This document shows positions 11,495 to 26,253 of a stretch of 64,000 nt of DNA, piece after piece. The stretch is taken from positions 1-64,000 of the forward strand of contig JYFJ02001492.1 of the NCBI GenBank assembly GCA_000934665.2, given 5' to 3'. The translations under genes were made by a program, and so were the position numbers. The notes below the pieces were generated by a model that was not told the origin of the DNA, searched no databases, and was given only the letters and a program-made list of their open reading frames with translations. Within the stretch, counting starts at the first letter, position 1, and each line of letters begins with the position of its first letter. Source of the DNA: Catajapyx aquilonaris (taxonomy: Eukaryota).

Positions 11495-14400
11495 TACTGA
11501 GAGCTGGGAGGAAACGCACTTCATCACTTTGGGCCTTCAGGGAATTAGTGTTAGAACGGGCTGGATGGGTTACGGCAGAATGGGTGATTATAGTATAAGG
11601 GCTGGCCCTCACTTTCCTGCCTTCAATCCAGGCGGAAATAAAATGGTCCGATAATATTATGATGATGGGGAAGTGATGAAAGCAATATCTGAAACAGTCG
11701 TTGAGACGCACCAATATGTATAAAGACTGGTCCCACCCACCGCCTTATCTGAATGCAACCCACTCCGGACAATACAAATGCGATAACCGAGGATGAAAAG
11801 AAGCTAGGCAAGTCCAGAGTTGTCATAATATTATGTCGTGAATGTGACACAAGGTACGTCTCTGAATCATGAGCTACTCACTTCTGTTTATTTCACGGTC
11901 TGGCGCAAAAGTACGCAATGCACTTTTTGGCGTCAAATAGAGATCGGATACATCCATAACGATCTGAAATTCTTGCCAAATGCCGCGCTGGTGCAACCCT
12001 CTTAGCAGCATAACCACAGCTTTAAAACCGTTGGAACAATGTGAATAAACGCAGCTCATATCAAATAGTCGAGTGCATGACAAAAAGAAACACACGATGT
12101 GGTTAGAATATAGTATTCTTATCTGCAGGCACATCAAACACGAGTCGCTTGCCTTTGTTTCCAAGCTGAACCTCCCCCCCCCCCCCCNCCCCCCCCCCCC
12201 AGACTCTCCAATGCCCATTAATCATAGCTGCGATTGCCATTCAGGGGGTGGTTTTTATGGAAATAGTGGACTGAGGCTAGGCCAAAGGCTCCCCTAAAGT
12301 CCCATTCAAGCATTAGTATATGGTCATTAAGGCTGGGTTAATGAGGATCGAGGAGAAGCTTGCCTATCATCTCTATAAAACCTAATGCGTAGATTATACC
12401 GGTGTTTGGTCTGCGCTACCCGTCATTCTCTCGATGTCTTGGATTACTTTATCGTTGCAAAAATAGTCTTTTTACTGTCTTTGAAATGCAAAGTAGGGGC
12501 TCGTTATTCAGGTCATTTAGATTTGAGGGAAAAGTTTTCGCACTCGTAAAATGGAGAAGAGGGGGCTGTCTCTTTTCCTTCGCAGTTCCCCTCTGGCATG
12601 CTGAGGAAGTTCTGTCGAGCTTGGAAATATAGAGCGTGGTGAGGGGAAGTTTTTCTTCCACAAATTGTACAAACTCGCCAAATGCATTTTTAGGCTAGTC
12701 CAAATGCATAGTAAAGTGGACACAAACATGTCAGCAAAAGCACTAACGTGGAAAATGATGCGTGGACTGCAGTACATCCATGGGATTGATTATGGAATTT
12801 CAGCGGAATTTTATTTAATATGAGGCTTTTAAACCGTAAAAATTTTAGCAATCATACAACTCACGCCAGAATTGCGAACAAAACGATATCGTTGCGTTGT
12901 AAATTCCTGGATTTAATTACTATCCTGGAAATATTTGGAAGCCACAGCCAAATAACTGGGCGACGGATTATCAGGTGCCGAAATGCAATTGTATATCATC
13001 ATGCAATGTTACAATGAATGCAAAACGGCGATAGAAAAAAACACCTGGAATTAAAGCTCAATAAATTAACGCAGTTTCCGTTACACAAAATAATTAAAAA
13101 CTATTAACTCCAAATATGCGCGTAAATGGGCGAACAGCGTGACCGGATCAGCTTGGGCATGATATTAAAATCCTCTTCACATCCTGCCTAATTAACGCAC
13201 TGCCATCTCCAAAAGAACAAAAATGCTGCTGAACCACCATGAACTAAGCCATAAATTTTCCATTGTCCTGCCCCCTCTTAAAAATTCCATCAATGTAATG
13301 GAATTTGTAAGGTCTATTGTACGGCGTACACAGACTTGTATTGCATAACCTACTTCCCAAATCCGTTATAAACCCCGTCTATTAACATTCACGGCTATAT
13401 CTCTGTGTGAATTCATCTACCAGGCCCTATATCGGCGAGCTCTGGTAGGCAGAGTGAATCAGGCTGAGAGTAAACGGAGCATTCCTAGAGCTGTGCATCA
13501 TTCCAACTCTGACTGCAAAAGCCTAGTTCGCACGGCGTCGTTAGATCGCGTTATCGGCCCTAGTTTGCAAGACGGGGAGGGTTAGAGGGGAGCGGAGGGG
13601 AGGGGAGGGGAGGGGAGCATTAAAAATTTATAGTGATAGTCCAGGGTGTAGCCGAGGAGCATAAAGGCGGGAAATATTACAACAATAATGTCAGCGCATG
13701 AGGGGGGCGCCTAACTCGTTAAGGTAAGATGACTCGTTCTCCAGCCTCAAACTTTGCTGTAACGCGAGATCTTAAGAAGCTCCGACCGCCTTTTGCTGGG
13801 CCTAGTTCTAATGACAGACAAGTACAACACGCCATTTCCGATTATCGCCCAGGACAAAATGTCTATTAAATATTAATTTTGGGCCCTAGCTTACATAATA
13901 GGAATTGGGAGACGTTGAAAGCTTCTTCAACAGTTTACGGCATCGTAAGTCGTCTGCTTGTCGTTTACGGCACCGCTTTTCCGCCAGACGACGTTGGGAA
14001 ATTTGGCCGAAAAGGCTCTGCTCTTCATTACCGGACCGGCTACTACTTGTTGGGGCAGGAGGAAATGCCCACAATTTCGTGTGTTGGAATTGCGAGCCTC
14101 TATACAGTTATGGGAGCCATCGTCGGCTACTGTTTTACACTCGTAGCCAGTCTGCACAACTCAGAAGGGAGGAAGGGACATGCTCTGGTTACTAACACTA
14201 TAGCCCCAGGCACTTCCTTCCAAAATTAAATACCTAAGTCCTTAGTCAAACATCGTCGCCCTAGACAGCCCAGGACGCTCGCCTAATACAAGTCCTGTCC
14301 CCATAGGCTACCTAGCTCAACATTTCCAAAACCCTTCACATCGGGGGATCCCACTTCCTCTGTTCTCCATTCGTCTATCTTACTCGCGGAATGCCTCCGG

Positions 14401-17400
14401 GAAAGACCCTCTCTCATCACTCGTCTTAATTATCAGATATCTCCATTTGCAATGCGAACTGTGTCACCTGATCACACTCCCCGGGCTTAGTCTCCGCACT
14501 CCGACCAATAGCCTTCAATTCAGAGATTAACTCATTAACTCCCACTAAATCACACTTTTCATTTCCACCGCAGATTAACACCACTTCAAGTCAGCTTCTT
14601 CTGCACTTCTTACGCGCTCATTACGTATATTGTGAATATTTTCCCTCATTTGCCTTCATACAACAGGTCCTTAATCAGAACTAATGAGCAGGCTAACGGC
14701 CAGCCTTTTTCTAACGGGAATTCCCCCAAATGGAATTGAAGGCCATTGCCGTCCGTCTGTCCTGTGCGCACCTGTGAGGTCCCTATTTTCACCAAATTTC
14801 CCGACCCGCCCCCGAGTTCCCAGCTTGAAAGATTAACTGCGACTAAATCCTCTTTGGCCCGGTTGCGATTACCTCTTATCAACCTAGTGCGCTCTTTTTT
14901 TACCCCATCCCCTACTGCGCTTTGGATGACATTTTTCTTGCAGCACCGCACGACTTCCTTCTCTGAATCCCCGCTTAAATACAGGTTAAAAAGAGAAGGT
15001 GAGCGTATATACAGTCCAGGGTGGTCCTCTTGGTCAGGTCGACCCCTCTAGCTAGAGCTTCTGACAATAAAATTCCCCGAGCCGCATTCAAAATTCAACC
15101 TTCCACCTCCGAAATGGAGCCTTCATTTCACCTTATCCTAGATGAAAAATATTCACCCAGGCCCAGCAGCACTAAAATAAAGGAAACTTTTGGTGGCAGG
15201 GAGAGCGCTTCAAACGTGACCGGGGTTCATTTTTTGTCTTCTTTTATGTAGCAGGTCCGGTCTTTTCATCGAAGTTGTTCTGCATTTCCAAAACGTACGT
15301 GTCTGGCATGGAATTGGGTGGATTCTCTCCCTGTATTGTTTCATTTTATTTCCTTGCCAAGCCGACTTGGTATGCGATACAATGTTCTCTTCTTGGCCCG
15401 GTGTTTTCTGGAAATTTCGTGAAAAGGACTCGTAATTTGTGGCAAGTTTAGTGCGCCTCTGTGAGACAATCGGTATAGGTCCTAATCATGAAAACAGGGT
15501 TTCCTCACGCGTTTTCGTATGAGGGTTCTATAAACACCGGGTGTGCGTGGCCAGCCTGCAACCTGATGAAAATATGGCCTTCCTGCTTCGTAGCCTAGAA
15601 ATTTCCTTGTTTTAAATGATGGTTATCAGGCGTGCTCGGCGCGGCCTGGAATAATTAATCCATCACTTGCAAAGTGCAGCTTTCATTCTCCGGTTATATA
15701 GTAGCGGGACACACCCTTAATTTAAACGTACACGTTGGCAAAAGGCCGATAACACGCGCCCAGCCTATTTGACTCTATTTTTTTTTCATCACAATTCAGA
15801 CGGTATATATGCAAGGCCTTCCCATTCGAAAATGCGCAATGTACTGTACCATTAGTCATCAGTGATGTGAAATCCATCGACTAGAAAAAAAAAATAGAGC
15901 CCAACCACACAAATGGATCCCCACTTTTGAGTGCAGTAATTACCAAATGGCCTGTAAGTCTCCACAAATCAGCGTCAACGTCAATTTGATATTCTGTTTG
16001 ACAGTCGCGTTCGTGAGATGCAAATTTTCAGACTGTACACCCCCACCGTAATTGTGATGGACTCTGAATTTTGTTGTCATCCCAAGTCATAAATCGTCCT
16101 CTAATATTTTACCTGGTCGGTTTTTAGCACCTGTTCGGAAATCATTTCTGGAGCTTTTGGCAGAAGAGGAATTGGAAGCAGGAAAAAGGTGACGAAAACA
16201 CCCTGCAGTTAGGACCTGACAGCTTGAATGTTATGACTTGGCTTTAATCGTCCGCAGGGCCACCATCTTCTCCAGCAGTTATATACAGTATTGAGCGGCC
16301 TCTGCCTGTTAGGCACGTCGCCAGGGAAGGAAAAAAAAGATGGGGGTAAAGGGAGCGAAAATAATGAAAGAGGTCGAAATTTCCAGTTTGGGGGGCTCCA
16401 ACTGGCTCTCCATTTAAGAAAGGTTAATAGCAGCTCTTCTTCAAGATGTCGGTTATTTAATAACTTGAAATCCTACGACGGCAATTATTACGATGCAATG
16501 AAATTATGGGGGGGGGGGGNNNNNNNNNATTAAGAGGCTGGATTGGAAGGCTGCACATGGTCGTTATAGTATAAGCTGTCATCCAAGAAAGTTTGCCAAA
16601 AAGGGAGACTCAGACTTAGAGCCTGCAAGAGGAAATCACTTATACGGACATTTTCACCCGTTCTGAATGTCAGAATGGGTATTCGCCTTACAGACACGCT
16701 TTAGATTGCGTTTTATGGCTCACGCGCAGTTCAGAGTAGAGTATAAAATAATACCAGCGAAGAGCCCGCGACGCCAGTGGGCGGAACACTGCAATTTTCT
16801 ACCTATGAGCACTGGCTCAAAAGCACTCTTTCCGTCCCACATAATACAAGTTGGAGAGAGGGGAAAAAGTTGACCCTTGGGGCCAAGGAAACGAGAACAA
16901 AGTTTGATACGGACAAGTGCAATACTTACTCGAGAGCTGGTGACTTCGATCGTCCTGTTGCGATGTCATCTGGCTGTTGCGGTGTACACGCACAACACTA
17001 GCGGTTTTGCGACACGAACTGAAATGTAGTAAACAAGTGGGAGGCTGCAGAGTGCAAATTCCAATTGCGTCTCTGAGTTTATCGGTGGATAATCTACTAG
17101 GATTTCCATTTTATAGGGCTATTTTATATATGCGAGGTCATATGGTCCTGTTGGGACGAGGTTGGCCACAGGCCAGTTCCTTGACTGCCCCAAGGCCGAT
17201 TCTCAGGCAGAAACGTAATATTAACAGATCCTCAGGTTGGTTTCTGTAAAGAACCCTACTCTCTGGAAATGCATATATTTGATCAAAAATTATACGGATG
17301 TTTACCATAGAAAACTATAGATCTCATGGCGTTGAACATGACATTCTCATGCCGCCATGTTACAAGTTGAAAAACATGAGCTTATCGCATGGGATCTAGT

Positions 17401-19153
17401 AAAAGACTGGCTCCGTCCCAAGCTCCATACAAAAAGGTTTCCTTCAGTCGGCTTATTCTTCGAGAGGATTTATATAGGGTGGAGAAAAAATTGAAACATA
17501 GTGTTTATCTAAATGGCCTAATGTGAAAATAAACGCTGTCAGAAATGCGAAATGTGCAGGCGGCAGCTTCCTGCATTTCCCCCATCGCCTGCTGAGAGGT
17601 TATTGTAATTTCAAGGGAGGAACGACAATGCATAAATGAATGAAGAAAATCTAGCGCTGCATAATGGGTGTTAAATTAGGTTTTCCAGATGCTTCATTCA
17701 ACTCGCGCATTTTTCGCATCCGCACCGACGCGACGCGACGGGGCGAGAAAAAAAAAAATCAGGCTTCTAAATGAATACAAAACACTAACTCTGTCCAGTA
17801 TTTTTTTTACGACACCCATGTGTTGCCTGGGTGTAACATACCGACCTTGGTCTAGTCAGATCGCGTGTCGTTTGCGACGCGAATGACACCGTCAAGGTTG
17901 GAAATCCGCAGAGTAGGTCGTAACTGGCAATAAACGCAGTCACGAAACATTGTCAATGTCGAAGTCTGCATCGATGGAAATGTTACCTCTCATGTGGTCA
18001 ACAGGTACCATGCCGTCAACCAGCTACCAAAAGCAATGTCACTGAGATGGCCCCCCCACATTCGATTCAGTGAATTCAGTGAATTTGTGAAAGAACCGAG
18101 CGGAAGTTTGCATTGTAAGGCTGTCATCCACAAACTGACTTTTGACACCCGGAATATTACACGAGCATGTTCCATAACAAGACAAAGTCCATGAAATCAA
18201 CACGTAAAATCGGAGTCTTTCGTTATGGTTCCAAATCATGCCAGTCATGCACAGATGGCGCACTGAAGGAGAAAAAAAATACCACTTCTAGTAAAAAGAA
18301 AATTGGGAGCTCTTATAAAAACTCAGTTAATGGTGTGTTTGTAGGTAGTTCTGGTTTTTCAGTGCCTTCCTAGTCTAATTAAGGATAGCGGTAGAAAGCA
18401 GTCAAGATACATATAAAAAAAAGGAAATACATGAAAATCCAAGCGACTCGTCCCTTTTTACAACCACCATCAAAAGGTTTCAACACAAAGTTGAATAGAT
18501 ACGTGAACGGAAAAGGGCCGGCAGCAATTAGCCAGAAACTAATGATGAAGCGAGTCCTAGAAAGAAACAGGTCGGAATAGGAGATTGGGGAAAAGGGGTG
18601 GGTATACGAGAGTGGTGGTGGGGGGGGGGGGGGATTTTCTACGATGCCACTGACCCGTAATTCTAATCTTAAGCTCCAGTAAATTGCAGAGGCTGGAGAA
18701 TCGAAGACCTGCGGATTTTCCAATCGAGGAACACGTCCAGACTGCTGCAAGGTGCTGCGGAAACGCGTTGGCTTAACCGGATTATCATGCTTAGGTATAC
18801 TTTCGGTCGGTAAACACGGCCCTGGAATTTTACCGGAATTAATCTCCAGGAGCGGATGCAATATCAATTTTCAAGGGGTGTCCTCTGAATATTTCAATAA
18901 ATGGTTCGTTGAAATTTTAACGGCTCCCTGGACCAGTAGTTCGCCCACCGCCCCCTCCCAAAAATATGCAGCCTCAATTCGATTCTATATGCCCAGAGTG
19001 CATGAAGTGCACCTGACCACACGTATTCCATGGACGTTCCCTCCCCCCCCCCCTCTTACTCTCTTTGCTGACCAGTCATTTACAGAAACAGCTGACAAAG
19101 ACCCTTTCTCCCCACCCTTTTTTTTATCTCCTCCCTGGTCCATTTTTTTGCAG

Positions 19154-19287
19154 AATTCCCCGCCTCCAGGCCTCTCATCACAGGTCTGCGGTCGCGATAC
19201 ACAGTTGGAGAGACTCTGGAGGCCAACTGCACCTCTTCACGCTCCAAGCCCGCCGCCAATCTCACATGGCTCATCAACGAAGAGCCG
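19154..19287 (+). CDS. beat: Beat-family exon (Ig2 N-half); not the frame shown in the ORF track
   Basis: ttttttgcAG|AA and CCG|GTGAGT. Encodes (E)FPASRPLITGLRSRYTVGETLEANCTSSRSKPAANLTWLINEEP (Beat ANCTS..S.PAANLTW.IN motif). Phase 1 in, phase 0 out. Confidence 0.92.
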
Positions 19288-21489
19288 GTGAGTATCGGTC
19301 AACAACGAGACCCATCCATTCTATACGCCCATCTGACGCCCTTCTGCGCCAGCAATATCCAAATGCGGCATCGAATTTGCCGATTAGCAACATTAACTAA
19401 TACGTCACTGCCCGCAGGCACTGCGCAATTAGGGGACACATTTCAAAGTAAAGGGGTAAGAGTATTTGACAAAAATCGTTCGGGCGGTGATGGAATCTGA
19501 AATGAGCCAAGTTTGAATGACTGGAGGTCCAAGCACTTACAGGCTGCTACAGCATGTACAGGATTAGGCAAGATCAAGTGATATTAACTAGACAGACTAT
19601 TGTAATGCAGGATTATTCGCTGAGTGGAATCACAATGCCCATGGCGATGATTGTACATGCAGATGTTGCAGGTAGAATAATTATGAACAAGAACGGTGGC
19701 TATCTGACATATGTTGTGCCTCACCCTGTATGCATCTACCTAATTGCTGGAGTCCACCCTGCCCTGTAAGTCATAAGTGATAGCGTGCTTTATGTACAGT
19801 AAACGGGTGAATACTCCGGGTTTAGGATAGCCATTGGTCAGGAGCCGTATTTTGAAGTAAAACCCAGCTAAATGATATAGATGGCGTATGAATGACTCAA
19901 GTAGGAGGAGTCTCCGGTTTTATGACATAATTTGCGACCAATAAATCAGCGCCTTCTGTCTCCGTGCTGGGCGTGTCCGCACTCTTGACACGAATCCATT
20001 CTGAGAAATCTGAAATCTGCCCAATATTTTGCAAATACGTTCAAACAGAAGCTAAAATGACATTAGCAGGCTGGAAACGGGTGAGGTAATAAAGAGGACT
20101 GAATGTAATTATTTCAAAAAGCTGCTAACGGCGTCCCTCGATCGTTCTCCCTTGAAACCGAGCGTAATTCCCCACGTAACCTCTTTTCCCTCAAGGTTTA
20201 TGGGGTCCCTTTGATTCCTGCACCATTTCTCCGGCAGGTACCCCCGGTAAAATGGGAGGGTTGGAGGGGAGATGTAGGGGGCAGCAGGGGTAAGGGGGGA
20301 GGCTAAAGGGGGTGCGGAAGGTCCTGAAATTCCCAGTCTCGATTTTGAGAGAAGAGCATGGAAGCGAAGGAGAATTGGCCCCGTATCTCTTGGGACACCC
20401 CGCGGAACTCCTCTCTTTTCCCTCTGCAAACACGAAGAGATTCCCTAGGGACAGCTTTCCGGCAGAAATTCGGTCTGCTTGATGTCACGTACGCTACGTT
20501 TCTGTCTTGCAAACCCCACTCCCTCCCCTACTCTCCCCACAGCTCAGATCCTCCCAGCCAGCCGCCCAACTCTGCCGTTATTCAGATATTCCACCCACAC
20601 TTTCCAAGAGTAATGTTTTGCAAGAATGTATAAGGAAATCATATCTCGCCTGCGAGGTATTTTTAGGCATTCAAGTACCGAAGTGTGTCATCTAGGTGTG
20701 GGTATGCTGTTTGAATGGCAGTATTGTCACGCTGTAATGCTGTAGACTGCAGCACTACGGGCTTGTCTATGCATTTTTGATCAGTTTGGGAGTGATGGCT
20801 TCATGTTACTAATGTGGGTGCTGAGGGCTTATAGGAAAAGGTAGCTGCAGTAATGAGAAATTGTGAATGTGTGTGTGTGTGACTTGTATTTGAATAAATT
20901 AGGCACACCCAGTAAGCGGACACACTAGTCATAAATTAGTACACAACAATAATTTTTGCACTGCAGTTGAAAATTCCGTCAATTTGTGCCACAGCAACAC
21001 AAAGTGTCTGCCCACTCTCTAACCAGCATGACAGGCATTTGGCTGCACTTTGAATAATTGCTTTAGTGATGCAGTACCCCAGTAAACCCGATGATCTTCA
21101 AGGGTCCATAAATAAAGTCATTGTTGAAAGCGAGCCTAAATAGTTACGTTACCGGTATGGATTTTGTAGATTGAAAGATCGGTCTCAATTTTAAATGCCA
21201 ATAGCATGCAGTGGCAAGTTGGGATTCCAAATGGATGGATTTACTGCAGTTTAATCAATCTGCACTCTAGTAAATGGGTGTGGTTTCTAGTACTAAAATG
21301 TAAAAATTATGGATCATTTCCTTGGCATGTTCAGCCAATTTCAAGTAACTGGTCAGGACAATGTTGCGCGATAAATCTACTGATGTCCTTTACAGAAAAT
21401 GGTACTTAGTCTATTTGAAAGCTCTCAATTCTTTATCCCCCCGTAAGAATTGCAAAAAATACTAGTGCATAACTAGCACTGCTAGTTAT

Positions 21490-21606
21490 GCATTATATGG
21501 TTTGGCACCAGGACACTCTAGATGTTTATCATAAAAAATACTACTTACAAGTTAGTATATTTTATGATAAACATCTAGAGTGTTCTGGTGCCAAACCATA
21601 TAATGC
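21490..21606. repeat. Near-perfect long inverted repeat (hairpin, ~50-bp arms)
   Basis: GCATTATATGGTTTGGCACCAGGACACTCTAGATGTTTATCATAAAA versus TTTTATGATAAACATCTAGAGTGTTCTGGTGCCAAACCATATAATGC; one mismatch, which is G-U compatible. Confidence 0.9.
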
Positions 21607-21623
21607 CCGAGAGATCCTAAATA

Positions 21624-22207
21624 CAGTAAAACTTCTATAAGTCGAAGTTCTCTATAAGTAGAAGAAAATGATGAGCTTGGTTGGCCACAATGTAAAATAA
21701 TAGGAAATAAACTTCCCTAACTCGAATTTCTATAACTCGAAGTTCTCCATAACTCGAGGTGCAGGCAGGGCCTTACGATGGGATATCAATGCACTTTCAG
21801 TCTCCCTAAGTCGAAGTTCATGTTGGCGAGTACGGAAAATATTGTCTCATTTCCCAGCCGAAGGGTCGAGAGGAGGCCACATGTACAGAAAGGCTCAATT
21901 TCCTGATCTCCGTCTGCCAGACGAACCGAAAGAAGTGTTTGACTCGAATGTGACAATTGAATCCTTGAATCTAAGAGTAGGCAAATGTCCATAGCGGAGT
22001 TTTTTTCACAACAAAACAACGAGGAACATTGTAAGTGTGATGGTGACTGTTATTTATAAGTGTTGAACACCTTTCGTCGCTAGATATAAAGGTAGGCTTC
22101 CTTATAGAGTTACGTGCTTTAAAAAATCTTCTTCTCTAACTAGAATATTCTATAACTCGAAGTTTTTTTCAGGTCCCATGGAGATTCGACTTATAGAAGT
22201 TTTACTG
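21624..22207. mobile_element. pogo/Tigger-like non-autonomous DNA transposon (MITE)
   Basis: Perfect 23-bp TIR CAGTAAAACTTCTATAAGTCGAA, TA TSD on both sides, subterminal (C)TATAACTCGAA repeats. Confidence 0.9.
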
Positions 22208-24995
22208 TAATTTATTGCTTAGAATTTTCATATTCACATTAACAACAACTGAGTCACAATACAGTATGCATCATTTAAATGTGCACCATTTCAAAGAGAC
22301 TTTCGTAGCAGCTTAAGAGTAAGCTACAAAAACTAAAGAGTGCGATACGCACTTTGGGAAAAACATCACAATCATAAGCCATACTAAAATCCCATCCAGT
22401 ACCAAAAAGTAACAACCTCTAGTTTTTTCGACTCTTTAAAACAAGCGGATTTTAACGAGGTATGCATACCGTGTATCTACGGTCGAGTACGTATTTCACG
22501 GCCTTTATGAAAGTTTCCACGCTCATTAAAACAGCTTGTTGTGAGATCAAAGCTGTGGAACATTTTCCTAGAACTTGGGACATCACCATAACATTTTCCT
22601 ACGCAGAGTATTATCGCGTCCCACTCGGTATATCAGAGCTGTGGCTTTCTTCCTGTTTACATGCCGTGAACAGCCAAAAGTGCTTGGCATTTTGAGCTCA
22701 GAATTGCTCACAGTGACGGACACACCGCAACTATTATTACCTCCCTAGTGTTCCAACGATGCATGTACAGGATGAAACAGTATGGCACTCTCTCTACTGT
22801 ACAAACACGACCCAAGCCAAGTATAATGTAATAATTAGCAATACACTGTAGAGGTCAGCACAAGACATTCGGCCATTTTGCACCACGTGGCTTTCCAATG
22901 CGACGAGCCAAATTAGCTGCGAATTTCTTTAAATATTGGATAAAACTTTACACTTTTGATCCTGGTTCACCCTGTATTGTGGTGAAATCCGGCAGAAAAC
23001 AATTTCCCCCTTATACAGCAGCAGCAGAAAATGCCGCAGAGAAGCCCCCGCTATTTGAAAATGGCCACGTCTGCCCCCCTCTCGAAATTGTTCCTTCTTG
23101 CCTGAAAAGGCCGAAAGTTTCGAACACGAATCGAAAGGCGTGGCGCTTCTTTTGGCGCTGTTTCCACTCCATATTGCCGCAAAGGAACAGGAGATATAGA
23201 CAAAGACAAGAAAGAGTAGAGTTTAAAAAAATGGAAACGAAAGGGGTGAGGAAAAGAGGGTAGCCCAGGGCCTCTCTCTTTACCCTACGTGACACGAAAC
23301 CTATCAACTCGAGTCAGAATATTCCGAGAGGCAAGTTGGAAGTGACAGAGGGCCGGGTTACGTTTGGAGAATGAAGGGGCTCTGTTTTGACAGCTGACAG
23401 CGAAGATCAAGGAGACGGACCCACTCTTTTTTTTCCCTCTCTCCTCCAACTATTGGATTGTTCTCAAAAGCTGCAGCCGCCCAAATTTTGCAGCTCTTCG
23501 TGGACCGAGTGAAAAATGCATTACATTTTTGTTGAGTCCATTTGATAGGAGAAGAAGTTTTGTTCTAGTGAAGTTCGGGGGTGGGAGTAACTGAACAAAA
23601 AAAAATAAAAAAATGGGTTGTGGCGATACTGTAGCTTATATGGGATTTAGTGTCACCCAATCATGCGGAGGTAACTTTAATTAAACTAATTAGCGCTAAG
23701 GGCCATTAAAACTGGTCATCCCCCTTTAATCATGTAAATCGGGTTAATAGTATCCTTTCGAATGACGTAATTAAAGAGCAATTATTGTCACCCTAACAGG
23801 TGACATTTAAAAGAATGGGATGCATATAATTTAACTCTTTACACGATGGATGTTTCTATAGCAGGGGGGTTGTACACTGTGCAGCTATACTATACTGTTC
23901 TGAAATGTGGAAGAGCCACATTGTACTTCACAACGCCTCTAGCAGGGTGCTTGCACTATCTGGGTCCACTAAAAATAGCCAGCAGAGGTTTTACATGGTG
24001 GCAGGATAGTGGCACGTTCCGATTTACATGGTGCAGGAAAGGGAAGTGAGTCAGAATAACTTATGTCAAATTTTTAATCATTGTGGTCGTTGACTTTTCA
24101 AAAAACAAAGCAGAACGGATGGGCCAGGGGCCCTTTCCAGAAAAACATTTGCAAACTGGATGTCAAATATGCAGGCTCATTTTAGTGTGAGAGAATTTTT
24201 CGAGCGAAGCATGATGTCTATAGGATACTGAATAATTAATAATGATTCCGCCAAACTACTATGATGAACTCCTGGTAAGTGAAGGATGATTTTATGTACC
24301 AGTACATGTTTCATTAGGTCTCAGCAGTCCCGTTACCGAGAGCTTCAAACGTGATAAGGTATAAAATATCTGCTGGCATCAGGTATACTTCTTTCCTTGT
24401 ACCTTGTATGCTTTTTCATTGTGCAATGTAAATAGACACAGCAAAATTAATTAGGAGAAGCAGGAAAAAGTCGAGGCAATGGAAGTGTATTACGCTCTAC
24501 ATGGGATATATGAGACAGTGTTTGATTAATGCTAATATTTTCTTTGTAACTATATGCTATGCACACCTCTACATAAAATGATCCTCTGGTTTCCATATCA
24601 CTCTAGTTTATCTCACTAATATTTGTGAAACACTCTGTATAGAATGTAAGTGAATATTCACAACAAATATCAACCTAGTAATATTTTGGTCGAAAATGAG
24701 GGGTAAAGAAATATGAATAAATGCGGGTAATATTCCTGCCTACAGTGAACAAGCTCGAGTTTCTTGTCGCTTTTGTAGCCTCACATTATTTTTCCATAAC
24801 ATTTTTAATTCCCACATTCTGATTTGTCTAACAGTAGCTAAGTATAAACTAGATAGTCTTCATTAGATCCTTCGAATGGATTTAATAAATAGACCTTTTT
24901 TGAAAACAATTACCCGCAGACATAGCATAATATTATGACATGCAGAAGGTTGTTGAGAAATAACATGGCTTCAGATTCACTAGTAAGGTTTTTTC

Positions 24996-25345
24996 GGGGA
25001 GGTGTGGTGGCCGTGATGGTAACGTCACGGCTTGCTGAGCGAAAGGCCCCAGGTTCGATCCCCGCCTGGGGAACTTTCCTTTCGCCTGCGTCAGGAGGGT
25101 CTCTGACCTGCACCAAGGAGGTGTCTGGCAACCTAACCTCCTGGGGGACAGCACATGACCCAGTTGTAGACATTGCACTTGCACCTACGTTCCCTCCCCA
25201 AAAATCCCTTCCCCTACCCGACATCCTTGACTCCTTGCACCGGTGTATGAAGAAAAGTGTAATACACATAGAAAACTGATGGTGGTGAGCCACCCCCCTA
25301 TAGGGCTTAGGCCCACAACGGGGTACATAATAAAAATAAAAAAAA
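24996..25345 (+). mobile_element. tRNA-derived SINE (family A) with perfect 15-bp TSD
   Basis: TSD TAGTAAGGTTTTTTC at 24981-24995 and 25346-25360; A box TGGCCGTGATGG, B box GGTTCGATCCC, A-rich tail. Homologous to copies at 49145 and 56853. Confidence 0.93.
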
Positions 25346-26253
25346 TAGTAAGGTTTTTTCTAATAAAAAACGTCCCTAAAACTTTTTCCAATTTGCAAAC
25401 TTGAAAATCTAGTAGTAACTTCTTGCGAACTCAGGACACGAGTAACTCGATCACTTAACGACATAGACCCTTATTCAAGAACTACATATAATAAGTAAAT
25501 GAACGACGCACATCGGTAGCAAGGCGTAGCAACTAGTGGAAAAAGCTCCCTTTCATTTATTTTTCATACGGAGTATACTCAAATTTGTCGTTTCATCATC
25601 GTAATTAGATTCACGAAGCAGACGGAATAATTCAGTGCTTCTCGCTAATTATGTCACCATGCCATCTTCAGAGAAGCGAAGCACTCCAAAGCTAGGATCA
25701 CTCCTGCATCGCATTGAGTCTTAGATCCCCCTCTGAATCAAATTTTGGGCCTCTTTCAGCGAGTTCTGAAGTGTCGGAAAAAAAAAGCCCGGTTTTCAAG
25801 TAGCGGGCCCTGGGTAGAAGAGCCAAGCCCTCTAAGCCGGACCCGATAATCAATAAATCCAATAGGGCTAATGTTATTATTGAATTTGCCGAGAAATATC
25901 AACCGGCCTCCCTGAATGAAAACAGGAATGATCCCTTTACAAGTAATGCAACTTGCGATGTGTAATTAAGCTCCAGCCTTTCTAGAAACGCAGTCGTTGG
26001 AAGAGGCAGCACCAAGGCTCTCTCAGAGTTAGTCCCACTGGCAGACAAGCGGGATTGCAAGTTTCAACGCACACATTCATCTCAATTATAAGTCCGGAGT
26101 CTAGTGGACGTGAGACCCTGCTTCATCCTTCCTTCCCTCTTAGGGACCAAAGATTTAAAGCTCCATTGGGAATGGAGACAGGCGTCACCTTGCCTAACTT
26201 GGCGTCTGTCCGCGGAATGCCAAACCGAGATATGTCCCAAATCACTCTTGCAG

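Noticed and set aside
14646..15251. Cluster of overlapping ~100-aa ORFs
   Set aside because: No TE or gene motifs in the frames examined; consistent with GC-richer intron DNA.
16508..16528. G/C homopolymers with Ns (also ~12188; single Ns at 58922 and 61532)
   Set aside because: Low-quality assembly spots; run lengths are unreliable, so no G-quadruplex claim.
18752..19400. Long track ORFs overlapping the third beat exon
   Set aside because: The Ig-coding exon is in another frame (19154-19287); these are shadow ORFs.
24996..25070. tRNA-like heads here and at 3109, 10490, 39532, 49145 and 56853
   Set aside because: A and B boxes are present but they run into SINE bodies with A-rich tails and, mostly, TSDs; not called as tRNA genes.
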